Of a DNA stretch of 64,000 nucleotides, positions 9,828 to 20,860 are shown piece by piece. The position numbers were made by a program, and so were the translations under genes. The DNA is from Prevotella sp. (GTDB lineage: Bacteria; Bacteroidota; Bacteroidia; Bacteroidales; Bacteroidaceae). The stretch spans positions 16,514 to 80,513 of the forward strand of contig JAKVJW010000011.1 in assembly GCA_022486815.1 (NCBI GenBank), written 5' to 3'. The notes under the pieces are model-generated. The model was not told the DNA's origin, did not search any database, and saw nothing but the letters and a program-made list of their open reading frames with translations. The stretch's first letter is position 1; each line of letters begins with the position of its first letter.

Positions 9828-12290
9828 CTAATTTACAGACCATTCGAAAAGTCCACAAGAGTACTTTTTTGGTTGCTTCACATTGATTCTTACAACTTTG
9901 GTCTTTACGGGGTCAAACTCTACCGTACAGGGCTGTCCTTTCAGGGTAGGATAGTGATCAGCATGCTTTACGCCTTGCCACTGTTGGTGCTGGTCCATAT
10001 ATTGAATATTCCAGTTTTCCGGAACTTTGCAACCACCCCATGGCTGGTCATCGTACCAGTATACTGTGGAAGTCTGTATGGTTCTTTCTTCCGGGAAAGT
10101 ATATGTGATCCATTCTGTTGTACCTTGTTTAGGCCACCAATGAAAATAAGGAATAGAACGATCATTTTCATCAGCCGGAACTAATCCGTCGGCGATACTG
10201 CTCAGGGAACGTGAAGGAGTAGAGGAGGCAATTTTAGAAACTGAGGCTAATGTAGCCGGTACGGAGGGACGTGTAGCTTTGAGGTCTTGTGGAATCCAGA
10301 CTTTCATGTTGCCGCTTCCGCGCTGACACCAGGAAAAGTAAGGTATGAGTTTTAAACTTACGTTCCGTACGGTCAGGTTGCCGGTTGAGTCATAAGCCAG
10401 TGTCTGTGCCTGGGTGGTCAGTGTCTTCAGGCTCTGATCCTTGTAAAGAGTCAATTTATCTTTCAGACTGTCTGCAATGAACTGGTTATCAGGGATGGTC
10501 CCGGAAGTAAACAGAGGGGTCTGGTTCAAAAGGACATTCATGATATTGAAAGCATTGTCAGGCCATTCTGCGCAATAGACGACCGGCCCCCGCTCTATGG
10601 CTACCTGCCCCCGGTCAGCCACTACTTTGTTATTCGCCCGAACGAGACGTGCTTCCATGTCGAAATGGACTTGTACCCGGTCCCCCTTTTTCCACTTCCG
10701 GCTGATCGTGTAGTAGCCATCAGGTGTCAAGGCAGCAGGAACCTGCCGGTTATTTACAGTGATCTTATAACTCATCCTTTTATGGTCAGCATATTCGTAG
10801 AGGTCAGAAGGCACGGGGTGTCCTTTTACCCATCCCGGGATGCGGATTTTCAAGGCGAATTGTCCTGCCTTATTTCCGTTGATTCTAATGACAATATCTC
10901 CATTCCAGGGATATTGGGTGTTCTGGCTGATGATAACGTTCTTGCCTGTGATGTTGACATGAGATGTATTGCTGAGGAAGAGGTTAACGTACAGGTTCTT
11001 ATTTCTTACGGCATAGACATATCCCGGTAGGGAAGGTAAAAACCGGCAAATATTAGAAGGACAGCAGGCACATCCGAACCAAGGCTGACGCTGATGCTGT
11101 CCCATACTTTCCAACGGATTGGGATAGAAGAAACCTCCGCCATCCATGGATACGCCACTGATTAAACCGTTATAAAGTGTACGCTCGAGGACATCATAGT
11201 ATTTGCTTTCTCCATGCAGTAAGAACAAGCGATAGTTGACATATACATTTCCGATGGCAGCGCAGGTCTCTGCGTATGCGCTCATATTGGGGAGCTCATA
11301 GTTTGCCCCGAAGGCTTCACCGTTACTGGTCGCTCCGATACCGCCGGTGATATAGAGTTTTTTACTCACGATATTGCCCCAGATTCGGTCTATAGCATGG
11401 ATATAAGCCGTATCTCCGGTAAGGGCGGCCACGTCAGCCATTCCGGCATACATATAGGTGGCACGTACGGCATGGCCTACGGCTTCACTTTGCTGGGTTA
11501 CCGGAATATTACTCTGCGAATATTCTTGCCTTATCTTTGTCTTCCCGCGATAGTCAAGAAAATATTTTGCTTCATCCAGATATTTCCTGTTGCCTGTGAC
11601 GACATAGAGTTCACTTAGGGCCATTTCTGCAATCTGGTGTCCCGGAACGACATGTGCTTGTCCGGGCTTAGGACCAACTTCCCGGCAGACACAATCCGCG
11701 TAGCGAGTAGCAATATTCAGGAATTTTCTACTTTTGGTAGCCTGATAGTGAGCAATGGCACCTTGGATCATGTGTCCGAGATTGTAGAGCTCGTGACTCA
11801 GATTTTCTTCTTCACTCCACCTTGTTGCCCCTGACCAAGGATGAGGGTGCTCAGGATTTTGTGTGCGGGCTGTATACAGATAACCGTCTGGTTCTTGTGC
11901 AGCAGCTACGATATCTAGGATACTGTCCATATATTGTTTAAGTTGTTTGTCAGGGTAAGTCTGGAGAATATAACTTGCTCCTTCAATGGTTTTATAGACA
12001 TCGGTGTCGTCAAAGGGATAGGGCATTAATTTCCCTACATCATATTTATCGCTTGGGTGAGCAGCACGCTCAAAATTCTTGTATCTTCCTTCACTCTCAC
12101 ATTTGCTGAAGGCCAGGGGGATCGTTACTTTACGACTGGTTTCCAGCCGTTGTCCCCAGAAACTGTTATCCCATACTTTTACAGAGGTGAAAGGTACAGG
12201 CGTGATAGGATACCCTCTTGACTTGTCATTCCTTGCATTGACAGATAAAACTGTGGCTGCTAATACAGCCGTTAAAAGCAGTGTTTTCAT
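9828..12290 (-). CDS. GH127 beta-L-arabinofuranosidase-like enzyme with C-terminal discoidin-like domain
   Basis: HELY..GH, GHAVRA, GEAFG, YAETC, CACCP Zn/Cys motifs; signal peptide. Confidence 0.92.
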   Translation of the reverse strand: MKTLLLTAVLAATVLSVNARNDKSRGYPITPVPFTSVKVWDNSFWGQRLETSRKVTIPLAFSKCESEGRYKNFERAAHPSDKYDVGKLMPYPFDDTDVYKTIEGASYILQTYPDKQLKQYMDSILDIVAAAQEPDGYLYTARTQNPEHPHPWSGATRWSEEENLSHELYNLGHMIQGAIAHYQATKSRKFLNIATRYADCVCREVGPKPGQAHVVPGHQIAEMALSELYVVTGNRKYLDEAKYFLDYRGKTKIRQEYSQSNIPVTQQSEAVGHAVRATYMYAGMADVAALTGDTAYIHAIDRIWGNIVSKKLYITGGIGATSNGEAFGANYELPNMSAYAETCAAIGNVYVNYRLFLLHGESKYYDVLERTLYNGLISGVSMDGGGFFYPNPLESMGQHQRQPWFGCACCPSNICRFLPSLPGYVYAVRNKNLYVNLFLSNTSHVNITGKNVIISQNTQYPWNGDIVIRINGNKAGQFALKIRIPGWVKGHPVPSDLYEYADHKRMSYKITVNNRQVPAALTPDGYYTISRKWKKGDRVQVHFDMEARLVRANNKVVADRGQVAIERGPVVYCAEWPDNAFNIMNVLLNQTPLFTSGTIPDNQFIADSLKDKLTLYKDQSLKTLTTQAQTLAYDSTGNLTVRNVSLKLIPYFSWCQRGSGNMKVWIPQDLKATRPSVPATLASVSKIASSTPSRSLSSIADGLVPADENDRSIPYFHWWPKQGTTEWITYTFPEERTIQTSTVYWYDDQPWGGCKVPENWNIQYMDQHQQWQGVKHADHYPTLKGQPCTVEFDPVKTKVVRINVKQPKKYSCGLFEWSVN

Positions 12291-12437
12291 TATTGATAAT
12301 TAATATAAGTGCCTTTATTCTGTAGAAAATATTTTATTATAGAGAATTATAAGTGGAAGAAGATATTTATTCTTAGGGCTTATGTTTTCTTTAACAATAC
12401 AAAAATATAGTTTTTTATGGCTGAAGCATGTCAAATT

Positions 12438-12497
12438 AGTCCATGAAAAATGAAATAATCGTCCAAAATAATTGATTGGATCGTTTTTTGGACGATT
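12438..12497. promoter_or_regulatory. Candidate HTCS binding sites in the divergent GH127 promoter region
   Basis: Inverted aatcgtccaaaa/ttttggacgatt, plus a GTCCA direct repeat at 22-bp spacing. Confidence 0.45.
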
Positions 12498-12622
12498 TTG
12501 ATAGTTTGTAAGATGATATTTTTAGTCTGTTTATAAAAATTAATGTTACTTTGCTAAACATTTAAAAAGATATGGCCCAACTTTTTGTGTATTTAATGAC
12601 TATCAATTATTAATGCCCTGAG

Positions 12623-15088
12623 ATGAAAAAATATACCATGAATAAAAATTTCCTAATACTAATAGGTGGAACGATATTTTCTTTGCAAATAAGTGCAGCA
12701 AATAAGATACCTGGGTATTTGCGACGGCCTGAGATGCCTATTAAAGAGGTGTCTTTCACTGACGTACATCTTTCAGATAAGTTTTGGAGCCCCCGCATTG
12801 AAACCAACCGTACGGTTACCATTCCGTATGCCTTTCATGAGTGTGAGGTTAATGGGAGATTTGATAATTTTGCCATAGCTGCGGGACTGAAGAAGGGCAA
12901 GCAGCGGGGAGATTTCCCGTTTGATGATACGGATCCGTATAAGGTCATAGAGGGAGCAAGTTATTCGCTGGCCGTACACTATGATGCAAAACTGGATCAT
13001 TATCTTGACAGCGTCATTGCTATTATTGCTGCAGCACAGGAGCCCGATGGCTATCTTACCACTTGCGTAACCAACAAATGTTATCGCCTTTCGGGCTGGT
13101 GGGGGACTCATAAATGGGAAAAACTGAATTCTCATGAACTCTATAATAGTGGCCATCTGATAGAATCGGCTGTGGCTCATTATAAGGCAACTGGTAAGAA
13201 GACTCTCCTGAATGTTGCCATTAGAAATGCAAACTTGGTCTGTAAGACTTTTGGCCCCAATCCAGGTCAGTTACACCGTCCTTCTGGTCATCCTATTGTA
13301 GAGATGGCGCTTTGCAAATTATATAAGATAACTCATAATAAGAAATATTTGCAAACAGCAAAGTATTTCATTGAGGAGACGGGACGTGGCACTGACGGGC
13401 ATCGGTTGAGTGAATACAGCCAGGATCATGAGCCGATCTTAAAGCAGGATGAGATTGTCGGGCATGCTGTCCGTGCCGGATACCTCTATTCCGGTGTAGC
13501 AGATGTATGTGCTCTCACTGGTGATACCGTTTACTTTCATGCTTTAAAGCGTATCTGGAACGATATGGCCGGCAAGAAACTCTATATCACTGGCGGCATT
13601 GGCAGCAGGGCAGAAGGTGAAGGTTTCGGACCTGATTATGAATTGAACAATATGACAGCATACGCGGAGACTTGTGCGTCGATTGCTAATGTGTTCTGGA
13701 ACTATCGGATGTTCTTAGCTACAGGTAATGCTAAATATGTGGATATTTATGAGCGTGCACTATACAATGGGGTTATCAGTGGCGTGTCTTTGAGTGGAAA
13801 TCGTTTCTTTTATGATAACCCTTTGGAGAGTATGGGGCAGCATGACCGATCTCCGTGGTTCGGTTGTGCTTGTTGTCCTGGAAATATTACGCGTTTTATG
13901 GCTAGTGTTCCACAATATCAATATGCAACACAGGGTAAAGATATTTATGTCAACCTTTATATTCAGGGAAATGCTACGATCAATCACAATATCAGGATAA
14001 ACCAGAAAACGGATTATCCATGGGATGGAAAAATCTTGATTACGGTGAATCCGAAGAGCAGTAGCAGGTTCACTATCCGTTTTCGTATTCCAGGATGGGC
14101 ACAGAATAGCCCTGTACCGACTAACCTTTATACTTTTGTTGATGCTCCGCGCCCTTATGCAATTATGGTGAATGGACATCAGATCACTGATGTTCAGTCA
14201 ATTATGCAGAATGGTTATGTGGCCCTAAATCGTAAATGGGAGCGAGGCGATAGAGTGGAAATTACTCTTCCCATGTCTGTCCGTCGTGTAAAGGCTAATG
14301 ATAATGTGGAAGATGATCGGGGGAAACTGGCTTTAGAACGTGGTCCGGTAATGTATTGTCTCGAAGGTGTTGATCAGCATGACTCGACGATCTTTAATAA
14401 GGTAATTACGGAAAGTACTCCGATTAAAACACAGTATCTGGCTGACAAGTTGAGAGGCATTGTAGAACTTTCCGGCCAGGCTGAAGAACTGGAGAAAGAT
14501 GGTACAGTCAGGAATGTTCCTTTCCGTGCTATACCCTATAGTACTTGGGATAACAGAGGTGCTGATCAGATGGAAGTCTGGGTACCGTCAACCCCTGCTT
14601 ATGCACATGTTACTCCGGAACCTACAATCGCCAGTAAAGCAAAGACATTCTGCTATCAGAGTCCGATTCAGAAAGATGCTCCGGAAACTGCTGCAATAGA
14701 AAGTGAGACGTGGGGTACCAATGACCAATGGGAGCCGCGTTGCAGTTCAGACATCAGCAAGCCTTATCAATATTGGTGGCAGAAAGAAGGCACGGAAGAG
14801 GGCATTTCTTATCAGTTTGACCAGCCTTATATGGTTAGTAATGTTCAGGTTTACTGGCTGGACTTTGATTTCTATGATGGTGATTTTCGTGTACCTGAAT
14901 ATTGGCGTCTTTTCTATAAAGATGAACTTGGAAAGTGGAAAGAGGTAGAGGATCATAGTAAATATGGGATCGCCAAGGATTGCTACAACAGTGTTGACTT
15001 TAAACCTGTGAAGACTACCGGACTGAAAATTGTTGCCAAACTTAGGAAGGGAAAGAGTGGAGGCATAATTGAATGGAAAGTGAACTAA
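12623..15088 (+). CDS. GH127 beta-L-arabinofuranosidase-like enzyme, second paralogue (start may be 12638)
   Basis: HELYNSGH, GHAVRA, GEGFG, YAETC, CACCP; signal peptide. Confidence 0.92.
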   Translation: MKKYTMNKNFLILIGGTIFSLQISAANKIPGYLRRPEMPIKEVSFTDVHLSDKFWSPRIETNRTVTIPYAFHECEVNGRFDNFAIAAGLKKGKQRGDFPFDDTDPYKVIEGASYSLAVHYDAKLDHYLDSVIAIIAAAQEPDGYLTTCVTNKCYRLSGWWGTHKWEKLNSHELYNSGHLIESAVAHYKATGKKTLLNVAIRNANLVCKTFGPNPGQLHRPSGHPIVEMALCKLYKITHNKKYLQTAKYFIEETGRGTDGHRLSEYSQDHEPILKQDEIVGHAVRAGYLYSGVADVCALTGDTVYFHALKRIWNDMAGKKLYITGGIGSRAEGEGFGPDYELNNMTAYAETCASIANVFWNYRMFLATGNAKYVDIYERALYNGVISGVSLSGNRFFYDNPLESMGQHDRSPWFGCACCPGNITRFMASVPQYQYATQGKDIYVNLYIQGNATINHNIRINQKTDYPWDGKILITVNPKSSSRFTIRFRIPGWAQNSPVPTNLYTFVDAPRPYAIMVNGHQITDVQSIMQNGYVALNRKWERGDRVEITLPMSVRRVKANDNVEDDRGKLALERGPVMYCLEGVDQHDSTIFNKVITESTPIKTQYLADKLRGIVELSGQAEELEKDGTVRNVPFRAIPYSTWDNRGADQMEVWVPSTPAYAHVTPEPTIASKAKTFCYQSPIQKDAPETAAIESETWGTNDQWEPRCSSDISKPYQYWWQKEGTEEGISYQFDQPYMVSNVQVYWLDFDFYDGDFRVPEYWRLFYKDELGKWKEVEDHSKYGIAKDCYNSVDFKPVKTTGLKIVAKLRKGKSGGIIEWKVN

Positions 15089-15154
15089 TATAAATATTTT
15101 CTAGAGAAGATGTTGAAATCATAATAATTTTAAGTATAACCTAATCTTGACAAA

Positions 15155-18100
15155 ATGAGAAAAAACAAGACAATTTCGGCTTCTTATATAGTTTGTAAAA
15201 GAGCCATCATGTGTTTGGTTTTAGGTGTTGTCGGTATAGTGCTTGATCCTGTAAAGGCTGCTCCCGGAACCATGTTAAGTAGTCCTTCTGCCCAAAGTAT
15301 CCAGCAAAATACGATTATGGTGGAAGGGGTGGTGAAAGATATTAAAGGTGACCCGATTATTGGTGCCAGTGTGATTGAAAAAGGTGTTTCGGGTAATGGA
15401 ACTGTCACTGACATAGAGGGTCGTTTTAAACTTAATGTTCACCGAAAGTCTAGCCTATTGGTTTCTTATGTAGGCTTTCTTACGCAGAATGTTCAAGTTG
15501 ATAAGGTCGGAAATATTATCTTGAAAGAAGACCTGAAATCTCTAAATGAAGTGGTAGTAGTAGGATTTGGTAAGATGAAAAAAGTAAATCTTACAGGTGC
15601 TGTTGCTTCTGTATCAGGGGATGAACTTTCTAATCGTCCTGTTTCTAATGCCACTCAAGCACTAGAGGGAATGGTTGCTGGCTTGCAAATTACTCAAGGT
15701 GCAGGAAGTCTTGATGATACTCCAAGTGTTAATATTCGCGGAACGACCACTATTGGGCAAGGTACTAGTGGTAGTCCCTTAATCCTTATAGATGGAATGG
15801 AAGGAGATATCAATACTGTTAATCCTCAGGATATTCAGAGTATATCTGTATTAAAGGATGCAGCTTCTTCTGCAATTTATGGATCACGTGCCCCTTTTGG
15901 AGTAATATTGATTACCACGAAGACTGGTTCTAAAAACGAGAAGGTGACCATCAATTATAACGATAATTTCCGTTGGAATTCTCCTATCCGTATGAAACAT
16001 ATGATGAATTCTGTCGATTTTTCCTGTATGATGAATGATGCATTTGTTAATGGTGGTCAAGGTGCTTATTTTCCTGTAGAAAAAGTGAAAAGAATACAGG
16101 AATATATGGACGCAAAACCGATTGGACCTGGTACAAGAAAGACATCTGATGGTAAAACAGTTTATTCATTGGCTGAAAGTCAATGGAGTCCTGGATATTG
16201 GGCTTCAGCTTTCACGGATGGCATTGATAATACTGATTGGTATGATGTGATTTATAAAAAACATACTTTTTCTCAGCAACACAATATTAGTGCAAGCGGT
16301 GGTTCTGATAAATTAAATTATTATGCTTCTTTTGGTTATCTTGGTCAAGATGGTTTAATAAAAGTAGCAAAGGAAGATAGAAAACAGTATAATATTACGG
16401 CGAAGATTTCATCACAATGGACAAAATGGTTGAAATTTAACTATAGTATGCGTTTTGTGCGTACGGATTATCATAAACCCCAATCTATGGGAGAGTATCT
16501 TTATACTTATTTAGGGGGGCAATGGCCTGTGGTACCTCTTTATGATAGAAATGGATATTATGTAGCGGATCAGGTAGAGACATTGGTAGAAGGAGGTCTA
16601 TATAAATACCAAAATGATGAAACGAATCATCAAGTGGAATTAGAGATAGAGCCAATAAAAAATTGGGTAACTCATGTACAGTTTAATTATCGTATCTTAG
16701 ACAATAATTCGCATACGGATAATCAGCAGACTTATTTTCATGATGTAAAAGGGAATCCATATATCAATAATAGTTATTCTGGGGTCGCTGAGGATGGATA
16801 TAAAGAAAATTATTATAATTTCCAAGTTTATTCTGATTATAACTTTAGTTTACGAAAAGAGCATAATTTTCATTTATTGACAGGTTTTCAGGCTGAAGAT
16901 GAAAAAACCAGATACCTTTATTTATATCGTGATGGTATTATAGTTCCGGGTAAACCGGAAGTTGATATTACAACTGGTCTTGGACCGGATGGAGAAGCTG
17001 TTACACCTGGAACATCTGGGAACAGGAATAGATGGACAACCGCGGGTTTCTTTGGACGTATCAACTATGATTATAAGGGTAAATATCTTTTGGAAATGAA
17101 TGGCCGCTATGATGGGTCTTCTCGTTATCGTAAAGGAAATCAGTGGAAATTTTTCCCATCAATTTCAGCCGGTTGGAATATAGCCAGTGAAAAATTTATG
17201 GAATCTATTAATAATATTATAGGCCAGTTAAAACTTCGTTTCTCTTATGGTTCTTTAGGCAATCAGAACACAAGCAATTGGTATCAGACTTTTCAAACTA
17301 TTTCTTTTCAGTCTGCCAGTGGACAGTGGATTCAAAATGGATTGAAACCAAATGTCGCATGGACTCCAGCTCTTGTGTCAGAGTCACTAACATGGGAAAA
17401 AATAGAAAGTTATAATATGGGTATTGATTTTGCTTTCTTAAAAAATCGCTTGCATGGTTCTTTTGATTGCTATGTTCGAAATACGAAAGACATGGTTGGA
17501 AATGCTCCAGAATTACCGGCTATATTAGGTACTAATGTTCCTGTAACTAATAATACAGATTTACGTACAAAAGGCTGGGAACTTACTATTGGGTGGGATG
17601 ATCAATTAGCAAATGGCTTGAAGTATGGTTTTAATTTCAATATAGCAGATTCTCGTGCCAAGATAACAAAATATCCTAATAATCCTACTGAATCTCTTTC
17701 TAACTATATAGAAGGTCAATATCTTGGCGATATTTATGGGTTTCAGACAATCGGCATTGCAAAGTCTGGCAAGGAGATGCAAGATTATCTCTTGAAGGTC
17801 GATCAGACTACAATTGGACAGAATTGGGGCGCAGGTGATATTATGTATGCAGATTTGAATGGTGACAAAAAAATTTCTTATGGAGCATGGACTCTCAAAG
17901 ATCATGGAGATACCAAGAAAATAGGAAATTCTACCCCACGCTATCAATTTGGCTTGGGGGCTAATGCTGGTTGGAAAGGTTTTGATGTTCAGATTTTCTT
18001 TCAGGGAGTAATGAAACGTGACTATTGGGTTGAGCCAAGATATATGTTTGGATCTTTTGGATATGGACAATGGTATCAGATAGGAATAAAAGATGTTCAT

Positions 18101-18454
18101 GATTATTACCGTGATGAAAATTCATGGTCCGTAAAAAATGGATTTGAGAAGCCCAACACAAATGCATATTTGCCTAGGGCAACTTATAGCGATAAAAATG
18201 AAGCTCGCCAGACTAAGTATCTTCAGAATGCAGCTTATATTCGTCTGAAGAATTTGCAAATTGGTTATACATTACCTCAGATACTAACCAGAAAATGGGG
18301 TATTGAGAAGCTACGCATTTATTTTTCCGGAGAGAATCTGTGGACTGGAACAAGTCTTGCTAAGCAATTTGATCCTGAGACGATTGGTACTTATTATGGA
18401 AATGGCTATCCTTTATCTTCAACTTTATCTTTTGGTTTAAGTTTAACACTTTAA
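15155..18454 (+). CDS. susC: SusC/RagA TonB-dependent transporter
   Basis: N-terminal CarboxypepD-like domain, LKDAASSAIYGSRA plug motif, RYDGSSR, YIRLKNLQIGYT. Confidence 0.96.
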   Translation: MRKNKTISASYIVCKRAIMCLVLGVVGIVLDPVKAAPGTMLSSPSAQSIQQNTIMVEGVVKDIKGDPIIGASVIEKGVSGNGTVTDIEGRFKLNVHRKSSLLVSYVGFLTQNVQVDKVGNIILKEDLKSLNEVVVVGFGKMKKVNLTGAVASVSGDELSNRPVSNATQALEGMVAGLQITQGAGSLDDTPSVNIRGTTTIGQGTSGSPLILIDGMEGDINTVNPQDIQSISVLKDAASSAIYGSRAPFGVILITTKTGSKNEKVTINYNDNFRWNSPIRMKHMMNSVDFSCMMNDAFVNGGQGAYFPVEKVKRIQEYMDAKPIGPGTRKTSDGKTVYSLAESQWSPGYWASAFTDGIDNTDWYDVIYKKHTFSQQHNISASGGSDKLNYYASFGYLGQDGLIKVAKEDRKQYNITAKISSQWTKWLKFNYSMRFVRTDYHKPQSMGEYLYTYLGGQWPVVPLYDRNGYYVADQVETLVEGGLYKYQNDETNHQVELEIEPIKNWVTHVQFNYRILDNNSHTDNQQTYFHDVKGNPYINNSYSGVAEDGYKENYYNFQVYSDYNFSLRKEHNFHLLTGFQAEDEKTRYLYLYRDGIIVPGKPEVDITTGLGPDGEAVTPGTSGNRNRWTTAGFFGRINYDYKGKYLLEMNGRYDGSSRYRKGNQWKFFPSISAGWNIASEKFMESINNIIGQLKLRFSYGSLGNQNTSNWYQTFQTISFQSASGQWIQNGLKPNVAWTPALVSESLTWEKIESYNMGIDFAFLKNRLHGSFDCYVRNTKDMVGNAPELPAILGTNVPVTNNTDLRTKGWELTIGWDDQLANGLKYGFNFNIADSRAKITKYPNNPTESLSNYIEGQYLGDIYGFQTIGIAKSGKEMQDYLLKVDQTTIGQNWGAGDIMYADLNGDKKISYGAWTLKDHGDTKKIGNSTPRYQFGLGANAGWKGFDVQIFFQGVMKRDYWVEPRYMFGSFGYGQWYQIGIKDVHDYYRDENSWSVKNGFEKPNTNAYLPRATYSDKNEARQTKYLQNAAYIRLKNLQIGYTLPQILTRKWGIEKLRIYFSGENLWTGTSLAKQFDPETIGTYYGNGYPLSSTLSFGLSLTL

Positions 18455-18464
18455 TTATACATCT

Positions 18465-20531
18465 ATGAAAACGAAAATAATAAAGTATGTAACAGCTACA
18501 GTAGTATGTGGAATTTTCGTTTCTTGCAGTGATTTTCTCGATCAGAGACCGCAGTCAAGCATTGTTCCAGGAGACTTTTATCAAACGGAGGATCAGGTGC
18601 AGGCTGCAGTTAATGCATTTTATGAAAATATACTTCCGTCTCATAGTGGTGCTGGTTATGGTACTTTTGCTTATGATAATGGAACGGATAATCAGACAGG
18701 TACTGATGGTGATGCAAAATATGTAAAAGATAACTGGAAAGTTGGACAAGATAATAGTTCCTGGTCATGGTCAAATATACACCAGGTAAATTATCAATTA
18801 GATACAATAATGTCCAATTATAGGGCAAAGAAGATTAGTGGTGAAGATTATAAGATACGCCAGTATATTGGAGAGTTGTATTTTTTTAGAGCATACAGCT
18901 ATTTTTCTTTATTGAGAAATTTCGGTGATCTGCCTATTATTACCACTGCGTTAAAAGATGATCAGAATATTTTGGTAAATGCTTCTAAGCGGAGTCCTTG
19001 TAATGAAGTAGCAAGATTTATCCTTAATGATTGCGATAGTGCCATTAATTATCTGGAGCCAGATGGAGGAGAAGCTACGACTAGAATCTCTCCTGCTGCA
19101 ACGCATCTTTTTGCTTCCCGAGTTGCTCTTTTTGAAGGCTCATGGCTGACAAATTTCGCCGGAACCCCTTTTGTGCCTAATGGACCAGATTGGCCAGGTG
19201 CAAAGAAAGATTATAATAAAAATTATGGTTTCCCCTCTGGAAGTCTTGAGTCTGAAGCTAAATTCTTTTTCAAAAAAGCTACGGAAGAAGCAGAAAAGGT
19301 AGGTGATGTTTATATTAACCAATTGAGTATCAATAATGGTATTGTTCCTCAGTCAGTAAGTGATAATAATCCTTATTTCTATATGTTCGGTAATACAGAT
19401 ATGACACCTTATAAAGATGTTCTTCTCTGGAGGAAATATAGCAAGTCTTTAGGTGTTACAGATAATATAGAAGCAGCTATCCAGCACGGTGATATTTATA
19501 CAGGTTTTTCAAGAAGTTTAATAGAATCTTTCTTAATGAAAGATGGGAAGCCCATATATGCCAGTCATACAGATGAGAGTGGCAAGGCCTATTTCTATGA
19601 GGATTCTACGACAAATGTCGTTGTGAAAAACAGAGATCCTAGATTGTACATTTTTCTTAAACGTCCTGGACAGATAAACGTTTTTAAGAATCTTGACTAT
19701 AGCGCAGGAGCTGATCAAGTGGTTAATCCTGAACCTGTTCCTAAAATATATACTCGTGATTTTTCTACTTGTTATACTACAGGATATGCTATTCGCAAAG
19801 GTGGCACTTTTGATCAAGCTCTTTGTCAGAACCAATATGGCTATACTGCGTCTATCACATTTCGCGCAACGGAGGCTTTACTTAATTATATAGAAGCTCA
19901 ATATATGCTTGATAATCAACTTAATTCAAAAAGTTTATCTTATTGGAAAGCAATCCGTATTGCTGCTGGCTTTAAGGGCGCAGCAATTGATCCTATGATT
20001 ACTATTAATGCTACAGATATGGGGCAAGAAGTAAAAGGTTATTCCAATGGTAGTGGCACAGAATATGATTGGGGAGCTTTTACAGCAGGAAAGGCTTTAA
20101 CGGATAAAGTTCTTTACAGCATTCGGCGTGAGCGCCGTTGTGAGTTGATGGCTGAAGGGCTTAGATGGATGGATTTAGTACGTTGGCGTTCTCTTGATCA
20201 ACTAAAAAAACAACCTTATCATTTTGAGGGTTTTCATCTTTGGAATACCCCTATGGAGAAAAATTGGTATACTGCAAATCAATTAATTTCAGATGGTTCT
20301 GTTAATGCTACAGTTTCTCCTGAGAGTTCTAGTGAATACTTCCGCCCTTATGAAATCCTAAAAACAAATTTACTTTATAAAGGTATGACGTGGCAGATGG
20401 CTCAGTATTTACAACCGTTACCAATTCATCAATTTCTTCTTACATCAAGTGATCATACCTCTATAGATAAATCTCCTCTCTATCAAAATCCATATTGGCC
20501 TGCAGAATCTGATATGCCTGCTGAACAATAA
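18465..20531 (+). CDS. susD: SusD/RagB lipoprotein
   Basis: Lipobox VSCSDFL, GELYFFRAY, RRERRCELMAEGLRWMDL, QNPYW. Confidence 0.95.
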   Translation: MKTKIIKYVTATVVCGIFVSCSDFLDQRPQSSIVPGDFYQTEDQVQAAVNAFYENILPSHSGAGYGTFAYDNGTDNQTGTDGDAKYVKDNWKVGQDNSSWSWSNIHQVNYQLDTIMSNYRAKKISGEDYKIRQYIGELYFFRAYSYFSLLRNFGDLPIITTALKDDQNILVNASKRSPCNEVARFILNDCDSAINYLEPDGGEATTRISPAATHLFASRVALFEGSWLTNFAGTPFVPNGPDWPGAKKDYNKNYGFPSGSLESEAKFFFKKATEEAEKVGDVYINQLSINNGIVPQSVSDNNPYFYMFGNTDMTPYKDVLLWRKYSKSLGVTDNIEAAIQHGDIYTGFSRSLIESFLMKDGKPIYASHTDESGKAYFYEDSTTNVVVKNRDPRLYIFLKRPGQINVFKNLDYSAGADQVVNPEPVPKIYTRDFSTCYTTGYAIRKGGTFDQALCQNQYGYTASITFRATEALLNYIEAQYMLDNQLNSKSLSYWKAIRIAAGFKGAAIDPMITINATDMGQEVKGYSNGSGTEYDWGAFTAGKALTDKVLYSIRRERRCELMAEGLRWMDLVRWRSLDQLKKQPYHFEGFHLWNTPMEKNWYTANQLISDGSVNATVSPESSSEYFRPYEILKTNLLYKGMTWQMAQYLQPLPIHQFLLTSSDHTSIDKSPLYQNPYWPAESDMPAEQ

Positions 20532-20551
20532 GAATCTATAATGTCTTATTT

Positions 20552-20600
20552 CTCAAAAGCTTTATCTTGTTTCGATTAGATATAAGATATAGCTTTTTGA
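20552..20600 (+). terminator. Stem-loop after susD
   Basis: ctcaaaagct...agctttttgag inverted repeat. Confidence 0.6.
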
Positions 20601-20650
20601 GTATAAGATTGTATTAAGTTGAAGTTATCCTGAAAATGAAATTTTAGAAA

Positions 20651-20722
20651 ATGAGAAAAGTACTTACAACTGTAGTGCCTCTGCTATCTTCTGTCATGGC
20701 TTTTTCGCAGAAGCAGATTTAG
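20651..20722 (+). pseudogene. Orphan signal-peptide remnant (MRKVLTTVVPLLSSVMAFSQKQI*)
   Basis: Typical Bacteroidetes Sec signal with A-F-S/Q cleavage site, stop immediately after. Confidence 0.45.
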
Positions 20723-20860
20723 ATTCTGGATTTATTGAAGATAATGGATTTGAATGATTTTGAAAGCTGGTGACCTAATTAAATGATGAAAGTGAATCAA
20801 AATTTTGAAATAAAGTAAAAAAATGATACCTTTGCTGTAAAATGAACATAAAAGACTTTT

